Positions 16,412 to 27,103 of a stretch of DNA of 64,000 nucleotides are shown in pieces. The stretch comes from Pseudolabrys sp. (GTDB lineage: Bacteria; Pseudomonadota; Alphaproteobacteria; Rhizobiales; Xanthobacteraceae). Below the pieces are notes generated by a model. The model saw only the letters and a list, made by a program, of their open reading frames with translations. It was not told where the DNA came from and did no database searches. Position 1 is the stretch's first letter, and every line of letters begins with the position of its first letter. The DNA lies in the NCBI GenBank assembly GCA_050184975.1, contig JBFWZV010000013.1, positions 821 to 64,820 on the forward strand. Reading direction: 5' to 3'. Both the position numbers and the translations under genes were made by a program.

Positions 16412-17019
16412 CCGGCTTCGTTCGACAGCATGCCGGGGCCGATACCGATCTTGCGCAGCGCCCGGTCGTATTTCGCGTCGATGTCGGTTCCGAAAATCAG
16501 TTCGGAGTCCGCCGCGCAGTGGAGCCAGCCGTTGTCCTGGATTTCCTTCTCGAGCTGGCCCGGCGCCCAGCCGGCATAGCCAAGCGCAAGCACGGCGCTT
16601 GCCGGCCCCTCGCCACGCGCGATCGCCTTGAGGATATCGAGCGTCGCGGTCAGGCAGATGCCTTCATCGATCGGCAGGGTCGAGTTCTCGATGAAATAGT
16701 CGGCCGAATGCAGCACGAAGCCGCGCCCGGTCTCGACCGGTCCGCCTTTGAGAACCTTCACCGCCTCGGCGCGCTGCGGCAGCTCGATGCGGTCGGTGTC
16801 GGGGATCACATTGAGCTGTACCAGAAGATCGGGGAAATCGACGTCCGCCACCGCCTGATTGACGATGATGCCCATCGCGCCCTCGGTCGAATGGGCGCAG
16901 ACATAAATTACAGTTCTTGCGAATCGCTCGTCGTTCATCGAGGGCATCGCGATCAGCATCTGCCCGTCGAGAAATCCCCGCGCCGACTCCGCGGAACGCG
17001 CTTTTGATTTGCGACGCAT
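16402..17019 (-). CDS. YqgE/AlgH family protein
   Basis: LIAMP...[35 protein letters not shown]. Confidence 0.93.
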   Translation of the reverse strand: MRRKSKARSAESARGFLDGQMLIAMPSMNDERFARTVIYVCAHSTEGAMGIIVNQAVADVDFPDLLVQLNVIPDTDRIELPQRAEAVKVLKGGPVETGRGFVLHSADYFIENSTLPIDEGICLTATLDILKAIARGEGPASAVLALGYAGWAPGQLEKEIQDNGWLHCAADSELIFGTDIDAKYDRALRKIGIGPGMLSNEAGHA

Positions 17020-17201
17020 GATAAAAGGTTAGCCGATCATCCGGGATTTGGAAGCAAAACTTGCCGAAACCACGACAAGCAGCCTGGACTCAGGTGTGGC
17101 ACAAATTGTGGCGATCGCAGCCCGGTGGCGGAAATTTAACCGATCCGCGCTCACGATCAGTTCAGTGGCGCGTGTGCGTCAACCCGTCTAGAGCCTTTGT
17201 C

Positions 17202-18047
17202 ATGGAACGTGGCCCGAATTTTCTGGCATTTGTAGCGGTCGGCGCGATGTTGGCGACCGGCGGCGCATCGACGCGTGCGCTTGCGGCCGACGCTTCGTCC
17301 TGGGCACAGGACTTGCATTCTGCCGTACGGCTGATTGCCGGCTCAGGAACGACCGACGCCGGACAACTGCGTGCGGGTGTTGAAATCAAAATGAAGCCCG
17401 GCTGGAAAACCTATTGGCGCTATCCGGGCGACGCCGGTGTGCCGCCGCGATTCGACTTTTCCGGCTCCACCAATCTTGCGACCGCGAAGGTGCTGTGGCC
17501 GGCGCCCCATGTCTTCACCGACGAATCGGGCAAGTCGATCGGCTACAAGGACGGCATCCTGTTTCCGCTCAGTGTGACGCCGCGACAGCAGGGCAAGCCG
17601 GTGACGGTGAAGCTCAAAATCGATTACGGTGTCTGCGAGAAACTTTGCGTGCCGGCGCAGGGCGAAGTCTCGATCACGCTCGACGGCAAAACGCGCGCGA
17701 ACGACGCGTTGCTCAACGCCGCCGAGGCCAAGGTACCGCGGCAGGTCGCCGCCGAGGCCGCCGGCCTCAAGGCGCGGCGCGTCAGCGGCAAACAGAAGCC
17801 GCTGGTTCTCATCGACCTGCCGGCCCCGGCCAAAGGCAAGTCGCTCGAAGTCATCGTTGAGGGGCCGACGCTGGAGTGGGCCCTGCCCGTACCCTCGGCC
17901 GCGCCCGGCGCGCCGGAGGGTCGCCGCCATTTCGGCTTCGAACTCGACGGCGTGCCGCCCGGCGTCGATCCGAACGGGCCGTTTGCGCTGACTTTCACAA
18001 TCGTGGGCGGCGAAACGCCGCTCGAAGTCACCACCCGGCTCGACTAA
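17202..18047 (+). CDS. DsbD N-terminal-like (protein-disulfide reductase domain) periplasmic protein
   Basis: PGWKTYWRYPGDAGVPP and GVCEKLCVP motifs; start set at ATG 17202. Confidence 0.85.
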   Translation: MERGPNFLAFVAVGAMLATGGASTRALAADASSWAQDLHSAVRLIAGSGTTDAGQLRAGVEIKMKPGWKTYWRYPGDAGVPPRFDFSGSTNLATAKVLWPAPHVFTDESGKSIGYKDGILFPLSVTPRQQGKPVTVKLKIDYGVCEKLCVPAQGEVSITLDGKTRANDALLNAAEAKVPRQVAAEAAGLKARRVSGKQKPLVLIDLPAPAKGKSLEVIVEGPTLEWALPVPSAAPGAPEGRRHFGFELDGVPPGVDPNGPFALTFTIVGGETPLEVTTRLD

Positions 18048-18107
18048 TCCGCCGGAGCGGCTAAGGTTCTCCGCGACGTTTAAGAAAACCAAAGCGAGAG
18101 GAAGCCT

Positions 18108-18593
18108 ATGGCCATCAAGGTCGGCGACAAGCTGCCAAGCACCACGTTTTATGTGATGAGTTCGGAGGGTCCAAAGCCGCGGACCACCGACGAGGTGTTC
18201 AAGGGCAAGACGGTCGCGCTGTTCGCGGTGCCTGGCGCCTACACGCCGACCTGCACCAATACGCACTTGCCGAGCTTCGCCAAGAACGCCGACGCCATGA
18301 AGGCAAAGGGCGTCGACGCCGTTGCGGTCACCGCGGTCAACGATCCGTTCGTGCTGGCGCATTGGGTGAAGTCCGGCGGCGCCGACGGCAAGATCGAGGC
18401 GCTGGGCGACGGCAACGCTCAATTCGCCAAGGCGATCGGGATGGACTTCGACGGCTCCGGCCGCGGGCTCGGCACGCGCTCGAAGCGTTACTCGATGCTG
18501 GTCCAGGACGGCGTGGTGAAAAAGCTCAATGCCGAAGAGCAGCCCGGCCAGTGTACGGTCTCGAGCGGCGACGAAATCCTGAAGCAGCTCTGA
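18108..18593 (+). CDS. Peroxiredoxin (Prx5/type II)
   Basis: VPGAYTPTCT peroxidatic motif; VNDPFV; RSKRYSM. Confidence 0.93.
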   Translation: MAIKVGDKLPSTTFYVMSSEGPKPRTTDEVFKGKTVALFAVPGAYTPTCTNTHLPSFAKNADAMKAKGVDAVAVTAVNDPFVLAHWVKSGGADGKIEALGDGNAQFAKAIGMDFDGSGRGLGTRSKRYSMLVQDGVVKKLNAEEQPGQCTVSSGDEILKQL

Positions 18594-19073
18594 TTACGTC
18601 CGCGGCGTGGGCGAAAGCGCCCCGACGGCGCCCGCCCGCGCCGCGACGAGCCCCTCTCTCGCCAGTTCGTCGGCCCGCTCGTTGAGCGGATGGCCGACAT
18701 GGCCCTTGACCCAATGCCACTGCACCCGGTGCTCGGCAAGCGCGGCGTCGAGACGTTGCCAGAGGTCGATGTTCTTGACCGGTTTCTTGTCGGCGGTACG
18801 CCAGCCGTTCTTCTTCCAGCCCTTGATCCAGGACGTGATGCCGCCGCGCAGGTATTCGCTGTCGGTATAGAGATCGGCGTTGCATGAGCGCTTGAGTGCT
18901 TCGAGCGCCGAGATCGCCGCCATCAGTTCCATGCGGTTGTTCGTGGTATGGGCCTCGCCGCCTTTGAGCTCCTTGCGATGCTCGCCGAACATCAGGATCA
19001 CGCCCCAGCCGCCGGGTCCGGGATTTCCCGAACAGGCGCCGTCCGTATAGATCGTGACGCGCTGCTCCGACAT
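18594..19073 (-). CDS. rnhA: Ribonuclease HI
   Basis: [29 protein letters not shown]. Confidence 0.97.
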   Translation of the reverse strand: MSEQRVTIYTDGACSGNPGPGGWGVILMFGEHRKELKGGEAHTTNNRMELMAAISALEALKRSCNADLYTDSEYLRGGITSWIKGWKKNGWRTADKKPVKNIDLWQRLDAALAEHRVQWHWVKGHVGHPLNERADELAREGLVAARAGAVGALSPTPRT

Positions 19074-20035
19074 TACTCAAAACCGTAGTCGCGCGCGCTT
19101 GCGACCGACTGGTGGAAGCGCAGCTTGCGGAAATATTCGAGCGGGTCTTTCGGCCGCACCAGCGCGCCCTCCGGCACCGCCAGCCAGTCGACCAGCCGCG
19201 TCAGCAGGAAACGCAGGGCCGAGCCGCGCGCCAACACCGGCAGCGCCTCGCGCTCCGCCGCGCCGAAGGCGCGTACCGCCGAATAAGCCTGCAGCAGCGC
19301 ACGGCCTTTCGTGACGTTGTAGGAATGATCCGGCTCGAAACACCAGGCATTGAGGCAGATCGCAACGTCATAGGCGAGCGTGTCGGTGCAGGCGAAATAG
19401 AAATCGATCAGCCCCGAAAGCTGGTCGCCGAGAAAGAAGACGTTGTCAGGGAACAGGTCGGCATGGATGACGCCGTCCGGGAGGCCGCGCGGCCAGGATT
19501 TTTCCAGCACATCGAGCTCGCGCGATATCGTGTCGGCGAGGCCATGCTGAACACTATTGGCACGGCCATCGGCCTGTTCGAAAAGCGCACGCCAGCTCCC
19601 AACCGACAGTGCATTGGCGCGCGTCATGTCGAAGTCCTTGCCGGCAAGATGCAGCCTCGCCAGCGCTTCGCCGACGGCCGCGCAATGCTTCACGCCCGGC
19701 CGCCTGATCCAGAGCCCATCGAGAAAGGTGACGATGGCGGCCGGCCGGCCGGCGATCTCGCCGAGCACAACACCTTTTTTGTTATGAACCGGCTGCGGGC
19801 AGTTGAGGCCGCGATCGGCAAGATGTTCCATCAACGCGAGAAAGAACGGCAGGTCGGCCGCCGCAACGCGCTTTTCGTAGAGCGTCAGAATGAAATGGCC
19901 ACGCTCGGTATGGACAAGGAAGTTCGAGTTCTCGACGCCCTCGGCGATCCCTTTGTACGACAGCAGCGCGCCGATGTCGTACTGGGCGAGAAAACGGATG
20001 AGATCGTCCTCGCTGACGTCGGTATAGACCGCCAT
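19073..20035 (-). CDS. thrB: Homoserine kinase type II
   Basis: [30 protein letters not shown]; TAATG coupling to rnhA. Confidence 0.95.
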   Translation of the reverse strand: MAVYTDVSEDDLIRFLAQYDIGALLSYKGIAEGVENSNFLVHTERGHFILTLYEKRVAAADLPFFLALMEHLADRGLNCPQPVHNKKGVVLGEIAGRPAAIVTFLDGLWIRRPGVKHCAAVGEALARLHLAGKDFDMTRANALSVGSWRALFEQADGRANSVQHGLADTISRELDVLEKSWPRGLPDGVIHADLFPDNVFFLGDQLSGLIDFYFACTDTLAYDVAICLNAWCFEPDHSYNVTKGRALLQAYSAVRAFGAAEREALPVLARGSALRFLLTRLVDWLAVPEGALVRPKDPLEYFRKLRFHQSVASARDYGFE

Positions 20036-20042
20036 GACAGCG

Positions 20043-21017
20043 TCACTCCGCCGCCTGGTCCTCCCGCAGCGGCCGGGGCAGCGGGAAAAACACCGCCTCC
20101 TCGGCGGCCGAGACGGTCTCGACACTGACATCGTAGCGTTCGGCGAAGGCGCCGATGATCTCCTCGACCAGCACCTCCGGCGCCGACGCGCCTGCGGTGA
20201 TGCCGAGGCTGCCGATCTTGCCGAACGCCACCCAGTCGATGTCGCCCGCCCGCTGCAACAGGACCGCGATCCTGCAGCCGGCGCGCTCGGCGACTTCCTT
20301 CAGGCGCTGTGAGTTCGACGAATTCGGAGCGCCGACCACGATCATGGCATCGACCCGCGGTGCGACGCGCTTGACCGCGTCCTGCCGGTTGGTGGTGGCG
20401 TAGCAGATGTCTTCCTTGTGCGGGCCGATGATCGAGGGGAACCGTGTCTTCAGGCACTCGACAATGGCCGCGGTGTCGTCGACCGACAGCGTGGTCTGCG
20501 TCACATAGGCGAGTTTCTCAGGGTTACGCGGCGAAAACGCCTGCGCGTCCGCCAGCGTCTCGACCAGGCTGACGCTGTCCGGCGGTAATTGCCCCATGGT
20601 GCCGATCACTTCCGGATGGCCGGCATGGCCGACCAGCACCACCTCGCGGCCGCGGCGATGGTGGATCTCCGCCTCGCGATGAACCTTGGTCACGAGCGGA
20701 CAGGTGGCGTCGAGCACGAACAGATTGCGTCCCTGCGCCTCTTCCGGAACCGTGCGCGGCACGCCATGCGCCGAAAAGATCACCGGCGCCTCGGTGTCGG
20801 GAATTTCGGAGAGTTCCTCGACGAATACAGCGCCCTTCGCGCGCAGGCTCTCGACCACATAGCGATTGTGGACGATTTCGTGGCGGACATAGACCGGCGG
20901 TCCATAGACCGTGAGCGCCCGCTCCACCGAATCGATGGCACGGACCACGCCGGCGCAGAACCCGCGCGGGGAACACAAGAGCACCTTCAAAGGCGGCTTT
21001 GCGGGTCCGGTTGCCAT
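20043..21017 (-). CDS. ispH: 4-hydroxy-3-methylbut-2-enyl diphosphate reductase
   Basis: [32 protein letters not shown]. Confidence 0.97.
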   Translation of the reverse strand: MATGPAKPPLKVLLCSPRGFCAGVVRAIDSVERALTVYGPPVYVRHEIVHNRYVVESLRAKGAVFVEELSEIPDTEAPVIFSAHGVPRTVPEEAQGRNLFVLDATCPLVTKVHREAEIHHRRGREVVLVGHAGHPEVIGTMGQLPPDSVSLVETLADAQAFSPRNPEKLAYVTQTTLSVDDTAAIVECLKTRFPSIIGPHKEDICYATTNRQDAVKRVAPRVDAMIVVGAPNSSNSQRLKEVAERAGCRIAVLLQRAGDIDWVAFGKIGSLGITAGASAPEVLVEEIIGAFAERYDVSVETVSAAEEAVFFPLPRPLREDQAAE

Positions 21018-21187
21018 GATGTTCCTGAAAGATCCTGTCTCCGACATGGGCCGGGGCAGGAAAACTGTCAAGCCGAGCCGGTTGCGCGGTCAGGCCGATG
21101 TCCCTATATTCCCGCCACTTTTCCGATCATCACCGATGATCCGGTGTTTCGCCCGGCTGGCGGGCGAAGCGCAAGGGAGATTTTGCC

Positions 21188-21913
21188 ATGGCACAAGCAG
21201 CCCCCCTGATGCCGAAGGCCACCGCGGTCTGGTTGCTCGACAACACCGCGCTGACCTTCGACCAGATCGCGGAGTTCTGCAAACTGCACCCGCTGGAGGT
21301 CAAGGCGATCGCCGACGGCGACGCCGCGCAGGGCATCAAGGGCCTCGATCCGATCCAAACCGGACAGCTCAGCCGCGAGCAGATCGCCAACGCCGAGTCG
21401 AATCCCGACCAGAAGCTCGAGATCGCCGCGCCGAAGGTAAACCTGCCGGCGCAAGAGCGTTCGACCAAGGGGCCGCGCTATACCCCGGTGTCGCGCCGTC
21501 AGGACCGGCCGAATGCGATCCTGTGGCTGGTGCGCAATCACCCGGAACTGAAGGATGCCGCGATCATGCGGCTCGTCGGCACCACCAAGAGCACGATTTC
21601 CGCGATCCGCGACCGCACGCACTGGAACGCAGCCAATCTCGCGCCGCTCGATCCGGTGACGCTCGGCCTGTGCTCGCAGCTCGAGCTCGACATGGAAGTG
21701 AACCGCGCCAACAAGCAGAAGCCTCCGGCGCAGGCGGCCGGCGCGACACTGCTGTCGGCCGCCGAGACAACGGCACGCCGCGAAGCCAAGGAAGCCGAGG
21801 CCGCGGCCGCCGAAGCCGAGAAGAAGCCGCAGGGCGATCTCGACGTCAGCGCGGTGTTCGCCAAGCTCAAGCAGCTCGGCGGCAAGCCGGGCGGCGAAAA
21901 CGGCCAGTCGTAA
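21188..21913 (+). CDS. trcR: DUF1013 family transcription factor (TrcR-like)
   Basis: LMPKATAVWLLDNTALTFDQIA..GPRYTPVSRRQDRPNAILW. Confidence 0.88.
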   Translation: MAQAAPLMPKATAVWLLDNTALTFDQIAEFCKLHPLEVKAIADGDAAQGIKGLDPIQTGQLSREQIANAESNPDQKLEIAAPKVNLPAQERSTKGPRYTPVSRRQDRPNAILWLVRNHPELKDAAIMRLVGTTKSTISAIRDRTHWNAANLAPLDPVTLGLCSQLELDMEVNRANKQKPPAQAAGATLLSAAETTARREAKEAEAAAAEAEKKPQGDLDVSAVFAKLKQLGGKPGGENGQS

Positions 21914-22104
21914 CAACAGGCTGTCGTTACAATTTTAAATGAATGCGAACGGGTGCGGCGAGAATGCCCGCGCCCGTTTGCTTTCAGGCCGACTGCCGAC
22001 GTCCCGCCAAGGCCGTCAAAACGCACCCGCAACAGCCGGTAACGGACGGTCAACATCTCAGGCGCAGGCTCGGGCCACTTCAATGGTCGGCTCACAGGTG
22101 CGCC

Positions 22105-22344
22105 ATGCGCGATTCAGTGGGAAGCCTGAAGGTCAATGTCCGCTGTCCCGAGTGCCGGCGGACGTTTCGCGAGAGCATTCGCCGCATCGCTCATCACGAC
22201 CCGGTGCGCTGTCGCTCCTGCGGACTCGAGATGCGATTCCGAGAGATCGGACACAAGCGCGAGAACGAAGACATCGTTCACTACATCCGGCACGTCGAAG
22301 AGCGCACGCGTCATCCGCATTTCCGTCGCGTACCGTCATTCTGA
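22105..22344 (+). CDS. Small zinc-ribbon protein
   Basis: 79 aa with CPEC-x19-CRSC; start inferred at ATG 22105. Confidence 0.55.
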   Translation: MRDSVGSLKVNVRCPECRRTFRESIRRIAHHDPVRCRSCGLEMRFREIGHKRENEDIVHYIRHVEERTRHPHFRRVPSF

Positions 22345-22534
22345 ACGTACAGCCCTGTATCGCCATGGTGCGCGGTTCGGTCGCAGCGATTCATCATCAA
22401 TGAGACAGACAAATCGCCGATATGGCTGCAGTTCGGCGATTCACCATGCCGAGCGCGAGTTTCGCCGTTAAGTTTATTCAACTTTTTCCGATCGTTAGGT
22501 TTTGCGCAGACAGCAATAATCTCCGACAGACGAA

Positions 22535-23314
22535 ATGAGCCTGCGCATGTTCAAATCGCGATTCGAGAAGGCCGGAACGCCGCGCCACGGCACCGCCGTC
22601 ATCAGGACTCTGGCCGCACTCCTTGCCGCGATCGTCCTCAGTGCCTTCGCCGCCGTTCCAGCCGCGGGCCAGAGCGAATCACGGCTGTCGGCCCGCAGCC
22701 GCATCATCAATGTCGCCGTGATCGGTGATTCGCTGGCCAACGATCTCGGCCAGGGCATGGAGGCACTCTACGCGCGAAGCGGGCGCGTCCGCGTCATCAA
22801 GCACACACGCTTCGCCACCGGGCTCGTGCGCGACGATTACTTCGACTGGAACAAATCGGTCGACAACTTTCTCGACCATCGCCGCCCCGATGTCATCCTC
22901 GTCGTGATCGGCGGCAACGACCGCCAGACGATCCGCGAGCGCGGACGCCGCTACGATCCGGACACCCGCAGCTGGCGCAAGGAATACGAGCAGCGCGTCG
23001 CGAGTTTCATGGCTGAACTGAAAAAATCGCACGCCAAGGTCTACTGGGTCGGCCTGCCCGCCGTGCGCTCGCCCTCGATGACGCGCAGCTTCAAGATCAT
23101 GAACGGTATCTATCGCCGGCAGGCCGTGCGCCACAAATTCAAGTATGTGAGCATCTGGGACAACTTCCTGGGCAGCGATGGCGGCTACACCTCGTTCGGC
23201 ATGAGCCTTTCCGGCGTGAAACGGCAGTTGCGTAAGAACGACGGCATGCATTTCACGGACGACGGCAAACTCCGGCTTGCCGCCCGCATCAGCAAGGCGA
23301 TCGGCCTGCGCTAG
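22535..23314 (+). CDS. SGNH/GDSL hydrolase (DUF459-like), secreted
   Basis: VIGDSLA block I, IGGND block III, DGMHF block V; signal-like N-terminus. Confidence 0.88.
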   Translation: MSLRMFKSRFEKAGTPRHGTAVIRTLAALLAAIVLSAFAAVPAAGQSESRLSARSRIINVAVIGDSLANDLGQGMEALYARSGRVRVIKHTRFATGLVRDDYFDWNKSVDNFLDHRRPDVILVVIGGNDRQTIRERGRRYDPDTRSWRKEYEQRVASFMAELKKSHAKVYWVGLPAVRSPSMTRSFKIMNGIYRRQAVRHKFKYVSIWDNFLGSDGGYTSFGMSLSGVKRQLRKNDGMHFTDDGKLRLAARISKAIGLR

Positions 23315-23328
23315 AGCGATCCGCAGCC

Positions 23329-24786
23329 ATGTTGTTCCCCACCGCAACCTTCGCCTTCTTCTTCTTCGCGATCTTCGTCGCGAGTTGGGCGCTGCGCGGG
23401 CGGGTGGAATGGCGCAAGCTGCTGCTACTCGCCGCAAGCTATGTGTTCTACGGCTGGTGGGACTGGCGGTTTCTTGCGCTGCTTGCCGGCAGCTCGGCGC
23501 TCAATTACGTGGCCGGATTGCTGATCGCTGGCAGCGGCAACGACAAGACCAAGCAGCGCATCGTCGTCGCGGCAGTCGCGCTCAATCTCGGCGTTCTGGC
23601 GCTGTTCAAATACTACAACTTCTTCATTGACAGCCTGACGGACGTGATGGTCGCGCTCGACTGGCAGCGCGACATGCCGTTCCTCGAGATCATCCTGCCG
23701 ATCGGCATTTCCTTCTTCACCTTCCAGGGCATCTCGTACGTCGTCGACGTGTCGCGCGGCCATATCGCGCCGGTACGCTCGCCGCTCGACCTGTTCCTCT
23801 ACATTTCGTTTTTTCCGCAGCTTGTCGCCGGGCCGATCGTGCGCGCCTCGCACTTCCTGCCGCAGCTCGACAAGACGCCAGAGCTCACCCGCACGGCGCT
23901 GGCCTTCGGCTTCCTGCTGATTCTCAATGGGGTGTTCAAGAAGACGGTGGTGGCCCACTACATCGCCGTCGATCTTGTCGATCCGGTATTCGCGCAACCC
24001 GCACTGGCCGCAAGCGGTGACCTGATCGCCGCGCATTACGCCTACGCGATCCAGGTCTACTGCGACTTCTCAGCCTACAGCGACATCGCGATCGGCGTCG
24101 CCGCCCTGCTCGGCTATCGATTCCGCAAGAACTTCGACCGGCCGTTCGCCGCTACATCACTCCAGCAGCTCTGGCAGCGCTGGCACATCTCGCTCTCCAC
24201 CTGGCTGCGCGACTATCTCTACCGCGCATTGCGCGGCGACAAGCGCGATGCTGGCTGGCGCATGTATCGCAATATCTTCCTCACCATGCTGCTTGGCGGA
24301 TTGTGGCATGGCGCCAACTGGACGTTCGTCATGTGGGGCGCGATCCATGGTGCCGCGCTCGGCATCGAGCGTTTCGTCAAGTCGCGCTGGCACGACTGGA
24401 AATCCACGCGAGCCACGACACCGCCGTCGCCAGGCGATCACGTTGCGACCTGGGCTGGCGCATGCATCGGCTGGTTCATCACCTTCCATTTGTTCACGCT
24501 TGCCGCGATTTTCTTTCGCAGCCCCGATCTCGACGCGGTCTGGCGTTACTATACGAAGATGTTTTCCTTCACCGGCGGCTTCGAGGTGCTCACGCCGTTC
24601 TTGCTGGTGCTTGCCGCTGGCGCGGTTGCCGTTCAGTTCCTGCCGGGCAATCTGTTCGAACACGCCGCGCAGAAGCTGCGCGATTCCCCGGCCGTGTTGC
24701 TTGGCTTGATGCTCGGCGGCGGCCTGGTGCTGATCGACTTCGCCCGTCCCGAAGGTGTGGCACCCTTCATCTACTTCCAGTTCTAA
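23329..24786 (+). CDS. MBOAT family O-acyltransferase (AlgI/PatA-like)
   Basis: LPIGISFFTFQ, FFPQLVAGPI, DFSAYSDIA, WQRWHISLS, GLWHGA. Confidence 0.95.
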   Translation: MLFPTATFAFFFFAIFVASWALRGRVEWRKLLLLAASYVFYGWWDWRFLALLAGSSALNYVAGLLIAGSGNDKTKQRIVVAAVALNLGVLALFKYYNFFIDSLTDVMVALDWQRDMPFLEIILPIGISFFTFQGISYVVDVSRGHIAPVRSPLDLFLYISFFPQLVAGPIVRASHFLPQLDKTPELTRTALAFGFLLILNGVFKKTVVAHYIAVDLVDPVFAQPALAASGDLIAAHYAYAIQVYCDFSAYSDIAIGVAALLGYRFRKNFDRPFAATSLQQLWQRWHISLSTWLRDYLYRALRGDKRDAGWRMYRNIFLTMLLGGLWHGANWTFVMWGAIHGAALGIERFVKSRWHDWKSTRATTPPSPGDHVATWAGACIGWFITFHLFTLAAIFFRSPDLDAVWRYYTKMFSFTGGFEVLTPFLLVLAAGAVAVQFLPGNLFEHAAQKLRDSPAVLLGLMLGGGLVLIDFARPEGVAPFIYFQF

Positions 24787-24799
24787 CGGAGTGCCGGCA

Positions 24800-25162
24800 A
24801 TGGCGAACGATATCTTCACCTATGAAGCCACCGACGCACCGGCGCTGCCGCGCGCCCGACCGTTTACCGGCCTGTTGCACCGGGTCTGGCGCAGTCCCGA
24901 AGGCCGGACTGTCGATACGCCTTCCAATGTTCGCGTTGCAACCCGCGCCATGCTGATCGCTTTCGCGATGTTCGCGCTGTTCGGATCGCAGAACATGCGC
25001 CACGCCGCGCGCGACCTGCCGGGCAATGCGGCGAGCGACCTGCTCGTCAATGCCGCGGACCGCTGGCACAATACAATGCTGGCGCTCGGACCCGCCCATG
25101 CTCGTAATCATGCGCGCGACATGCTGGACAAGTTTCGCATGGCGCAATGGCCGTGGCGCTGA
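24800..25162 (+). CDS. Small membrane protein in the O-acylation operon
   Basis: 120 aa with one TM (AMLIAFAMFALFGS) and DLPGNAASDLLV.AADRWH; directly follows the MBOAT gene. Confidence 0.65.
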   Translation: MANDIFTYEATDAPALPRARPFTGLLHRVWRSPEGRTVDTPSNVRVATRAMLIAFAMFALFGSQNMRHAARDLPGNAASDLLVNAADRWHNTMLALGPAHARNHARDMLDKFRMAQWPWR

Positions 25163-25261
25163 TCCAGCCTCCGGGCGCGAGCATTCCTCCGCGAATATAT
25201 CCTGCTATCATCGCGCCCTGAGATGCCGCCGCGGAGCGGCGTATCGTTGGGAGCATGTACG

Positions 25262-26098
25262 ATGCCGGTGACGACAGTGCGGGGCGTTGAGATCAACTAT
25301 CGCGTAATCGGCAAGGACGGGCCGTGGATCGCCATGATCCCCGGCGGCCGCCGCGGTTACGAAGAGTTCGTGCCGCTCGCCGAAAAGATCGCCGCACATG
25401 GCTTTCGCGTGTTTCTGCACGACCGCCGCAACACCGGTTCATCCGGCCTGCAGTTCGACACCTCCGACACCGAGGAAACGATCTGGGCCGACGACCTCTA
25501 TGAACTCCTGAAACAGCAGAACGCCCTGCCAGCTTTTATCAGCGGGTCATCGTCGGGCGCGCGGACTTCGCTGCTCTTCGCATTGCGCCATCCCGAGGCT
25601 GTACGCGCGCTGCTGTTGCTGCGCGTGACCGGCGGCGCCTTCGCCGCCAATCGGTTGCCCGAGAACTACTACGATCAGTATATCCGCGCTGCCGAGCAAG
25701 GCGGGATGGCGGCGGTGCTCGCCACCGAACACTACGCCAATCTTGCGAAATCCAATCCGAAAAGCCGCGCAACGCTCGAGGCGATCGACCCCCAACGCTT
25801 TGTCGCCATGCTCAAAGGCTGGCGGGAGAAGTTCATCGCCGGCGCGAATCTGCCTGTGATGGGAGTCACCGACGCAGAACTCGCCACCATCAAAGTGCCG
25901 GTCCTGGTGATCCCGGGCAACGACAATACGCATTCATCGGAAAGCGGGCGCATCGCAGCACGCAAGATCGCAGGCAGCGAGCTTCACGAATTGCCGATCA
26001 AGGACGAGGACGTCCCGATTATCCATTTCGATAAATGGGCGCATCTTGAGCCTGAGATCGCGCAGGTGTTCGCCGATTTCATGCGCAAGGCGGCGTGA
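25262..26098 (+). CDS. Alpha/beta-fold hydrolase
   Basis: DRRNTGSS, GSSSG nucleophile elbow, GNDNTH. Confidence 0.85.
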   Translation: MPVTTVRGVEINYRVIGKDGPWIAMIPGGRRGYEEFVPLAEKIAAHGFRVFLHDRRNTGSSGLQFDTSDTEETIWADDLYELLKQQNALPAFISGSSSGARTSLLFALRHPEAVRALLLLRVTGGAFAANRLPENYYDQYIRAAEQGGMAAVLATEHYANLAKSNPKSRATLEAIDPQRFVAMLKGWREKFIAGANLPVMGVTDAELATIKVPVLVIPGNDNTHSSESGRIAARKIAGSELHELPIKDEDVPIIHFDKWAHLEPEIAQVFADFMRKAA

Positions 26099-26122
26099 AC
26101 CAGCATCCAGGATCGCGGTTTG

Positions 26123-26380
26123 TCAGTTTGCAGGACGGCGAGGTTTGGCCGGCCGGCCGCGCTCGTTTGGCGGCACCCAGAGCGGATTGCGTTGACAGAA
26201 GCCCCCGACGCCGCTGACGTTGGCCATGCATTGCTGATAGGTCGTAAATCCGCAATTTTCGGCGCCGCCGAACACGCCGCTATAGATTGAACACCACGGG
26301 TAGATCTGCGCTGCAGCCGGCGAGACGCCGACGAACGACAGCACCAGTAGTAGACCTGTCCCTGCAATAAAGTGGCGCAT
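26123..26380 (-). CDS. DUF3551 family small secreted Cys-rich protein
   Basis: Signal peptide plus YPWC...NCGFTTYQQCMANVSGVGGFCQRNP. Confidence 0.85.
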   Translation of the reverse strand: MRHFIAGTGLLLVLSFVGVSPAAAQIYPWCSIYSGVFGGAENCGFTTYQQCMANVSGVGGFCQRNPLWVPPNERGRPAKPRRPAN

Positions 26381-26572
26381 CGTAACCTCCTGTCGCCGCC
26401 GACGGACCGAACATGGCTCGACCGTCAATATAGCCTGACCGGAAATTGCGGCAGCGACGAGACGTAACATAGGCCCGCACCCGATACCGAAAAGGCTTCG
26501 GTTGACCTGCGTCAAGGTGTGCGCGCCGAACCAGGCGCATCAATATTCGGCCTCGTTTTTTGGAGAAGCGCC

Positions 26573-27103
26573 ATGCGCACGCATCGTACCGCACTGTCGA
26601 TTGTCTCTGCGGTCTGCTTGACCGCCCTTACCGCCGTTGCGGCGGCGCAGCCGATCGGCCCCGGCCCGGGCCGCGGCCCAGGTGGCGGACCCGGCGGCTT
26701 CGGCCCCGGCTCTATGATGGGTCCCGGTATGATGGGGCGCGGCGGTTTCGGCCCGATGTGCGGCGCTGGCATGGCTGGCTTCGCCGAATGGCGGATCGAT
26801 CGCCTCCGCTCGCTGCTCAATCTAACTGACGCGCAGAAAGCGAGCTTCGAGGCCTATCGCACGGCTTCGGTGAAAGCCGCGGAAGCGATGCGCGCGGCCT
26901 GTCCGGCCGATTTCCACGGCACCATGCCGGGCCGCATGGAAGCCATGGAGAAACGCATGGAGGCGATGCTGGCTGCGATCAAGACGCTGCGGCCGGCACT
27001 CGATGCGTTCTATACGACCCTGACGGACGAGCAGAAGGTCAAGCTCAACGACAATCGTGGGCGCGGACGCTACTGGCGTTGGCGCGAACGCTGGAACGGG
27101 TAG
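26573..27103 (+). CDS. Spy/CpxP family (LTXXQ) periplasmic chaperone
   Basis: Signal peptide, Gly/Pro/Met-rich linker, LNLTDAQK and LTDEQK repeats. Confidence 0.88.
   Translation: MRTHRTALSIVSAVCLTALTAVAAAQPIGPGPGRGPGGGPGGFGPGSMMGPGMMGRGGFGPMCGAGMAGFAEWRIDRLRSLLNLTDAQKASFEAYRTASVKAAEAMRAACPADFHGTMPGRMEAMEKRMEAMLAAIKTLRPALDAFYTTLTDEQKVKLNDNRGRGRYWRWRERWNG

Noticed and set aside
22468-22484. TTAA-N7-CAAC upstream of the O-acylation operon as a CtrA site
   Set aside because: The second half-site is a poor match; insufficient support.
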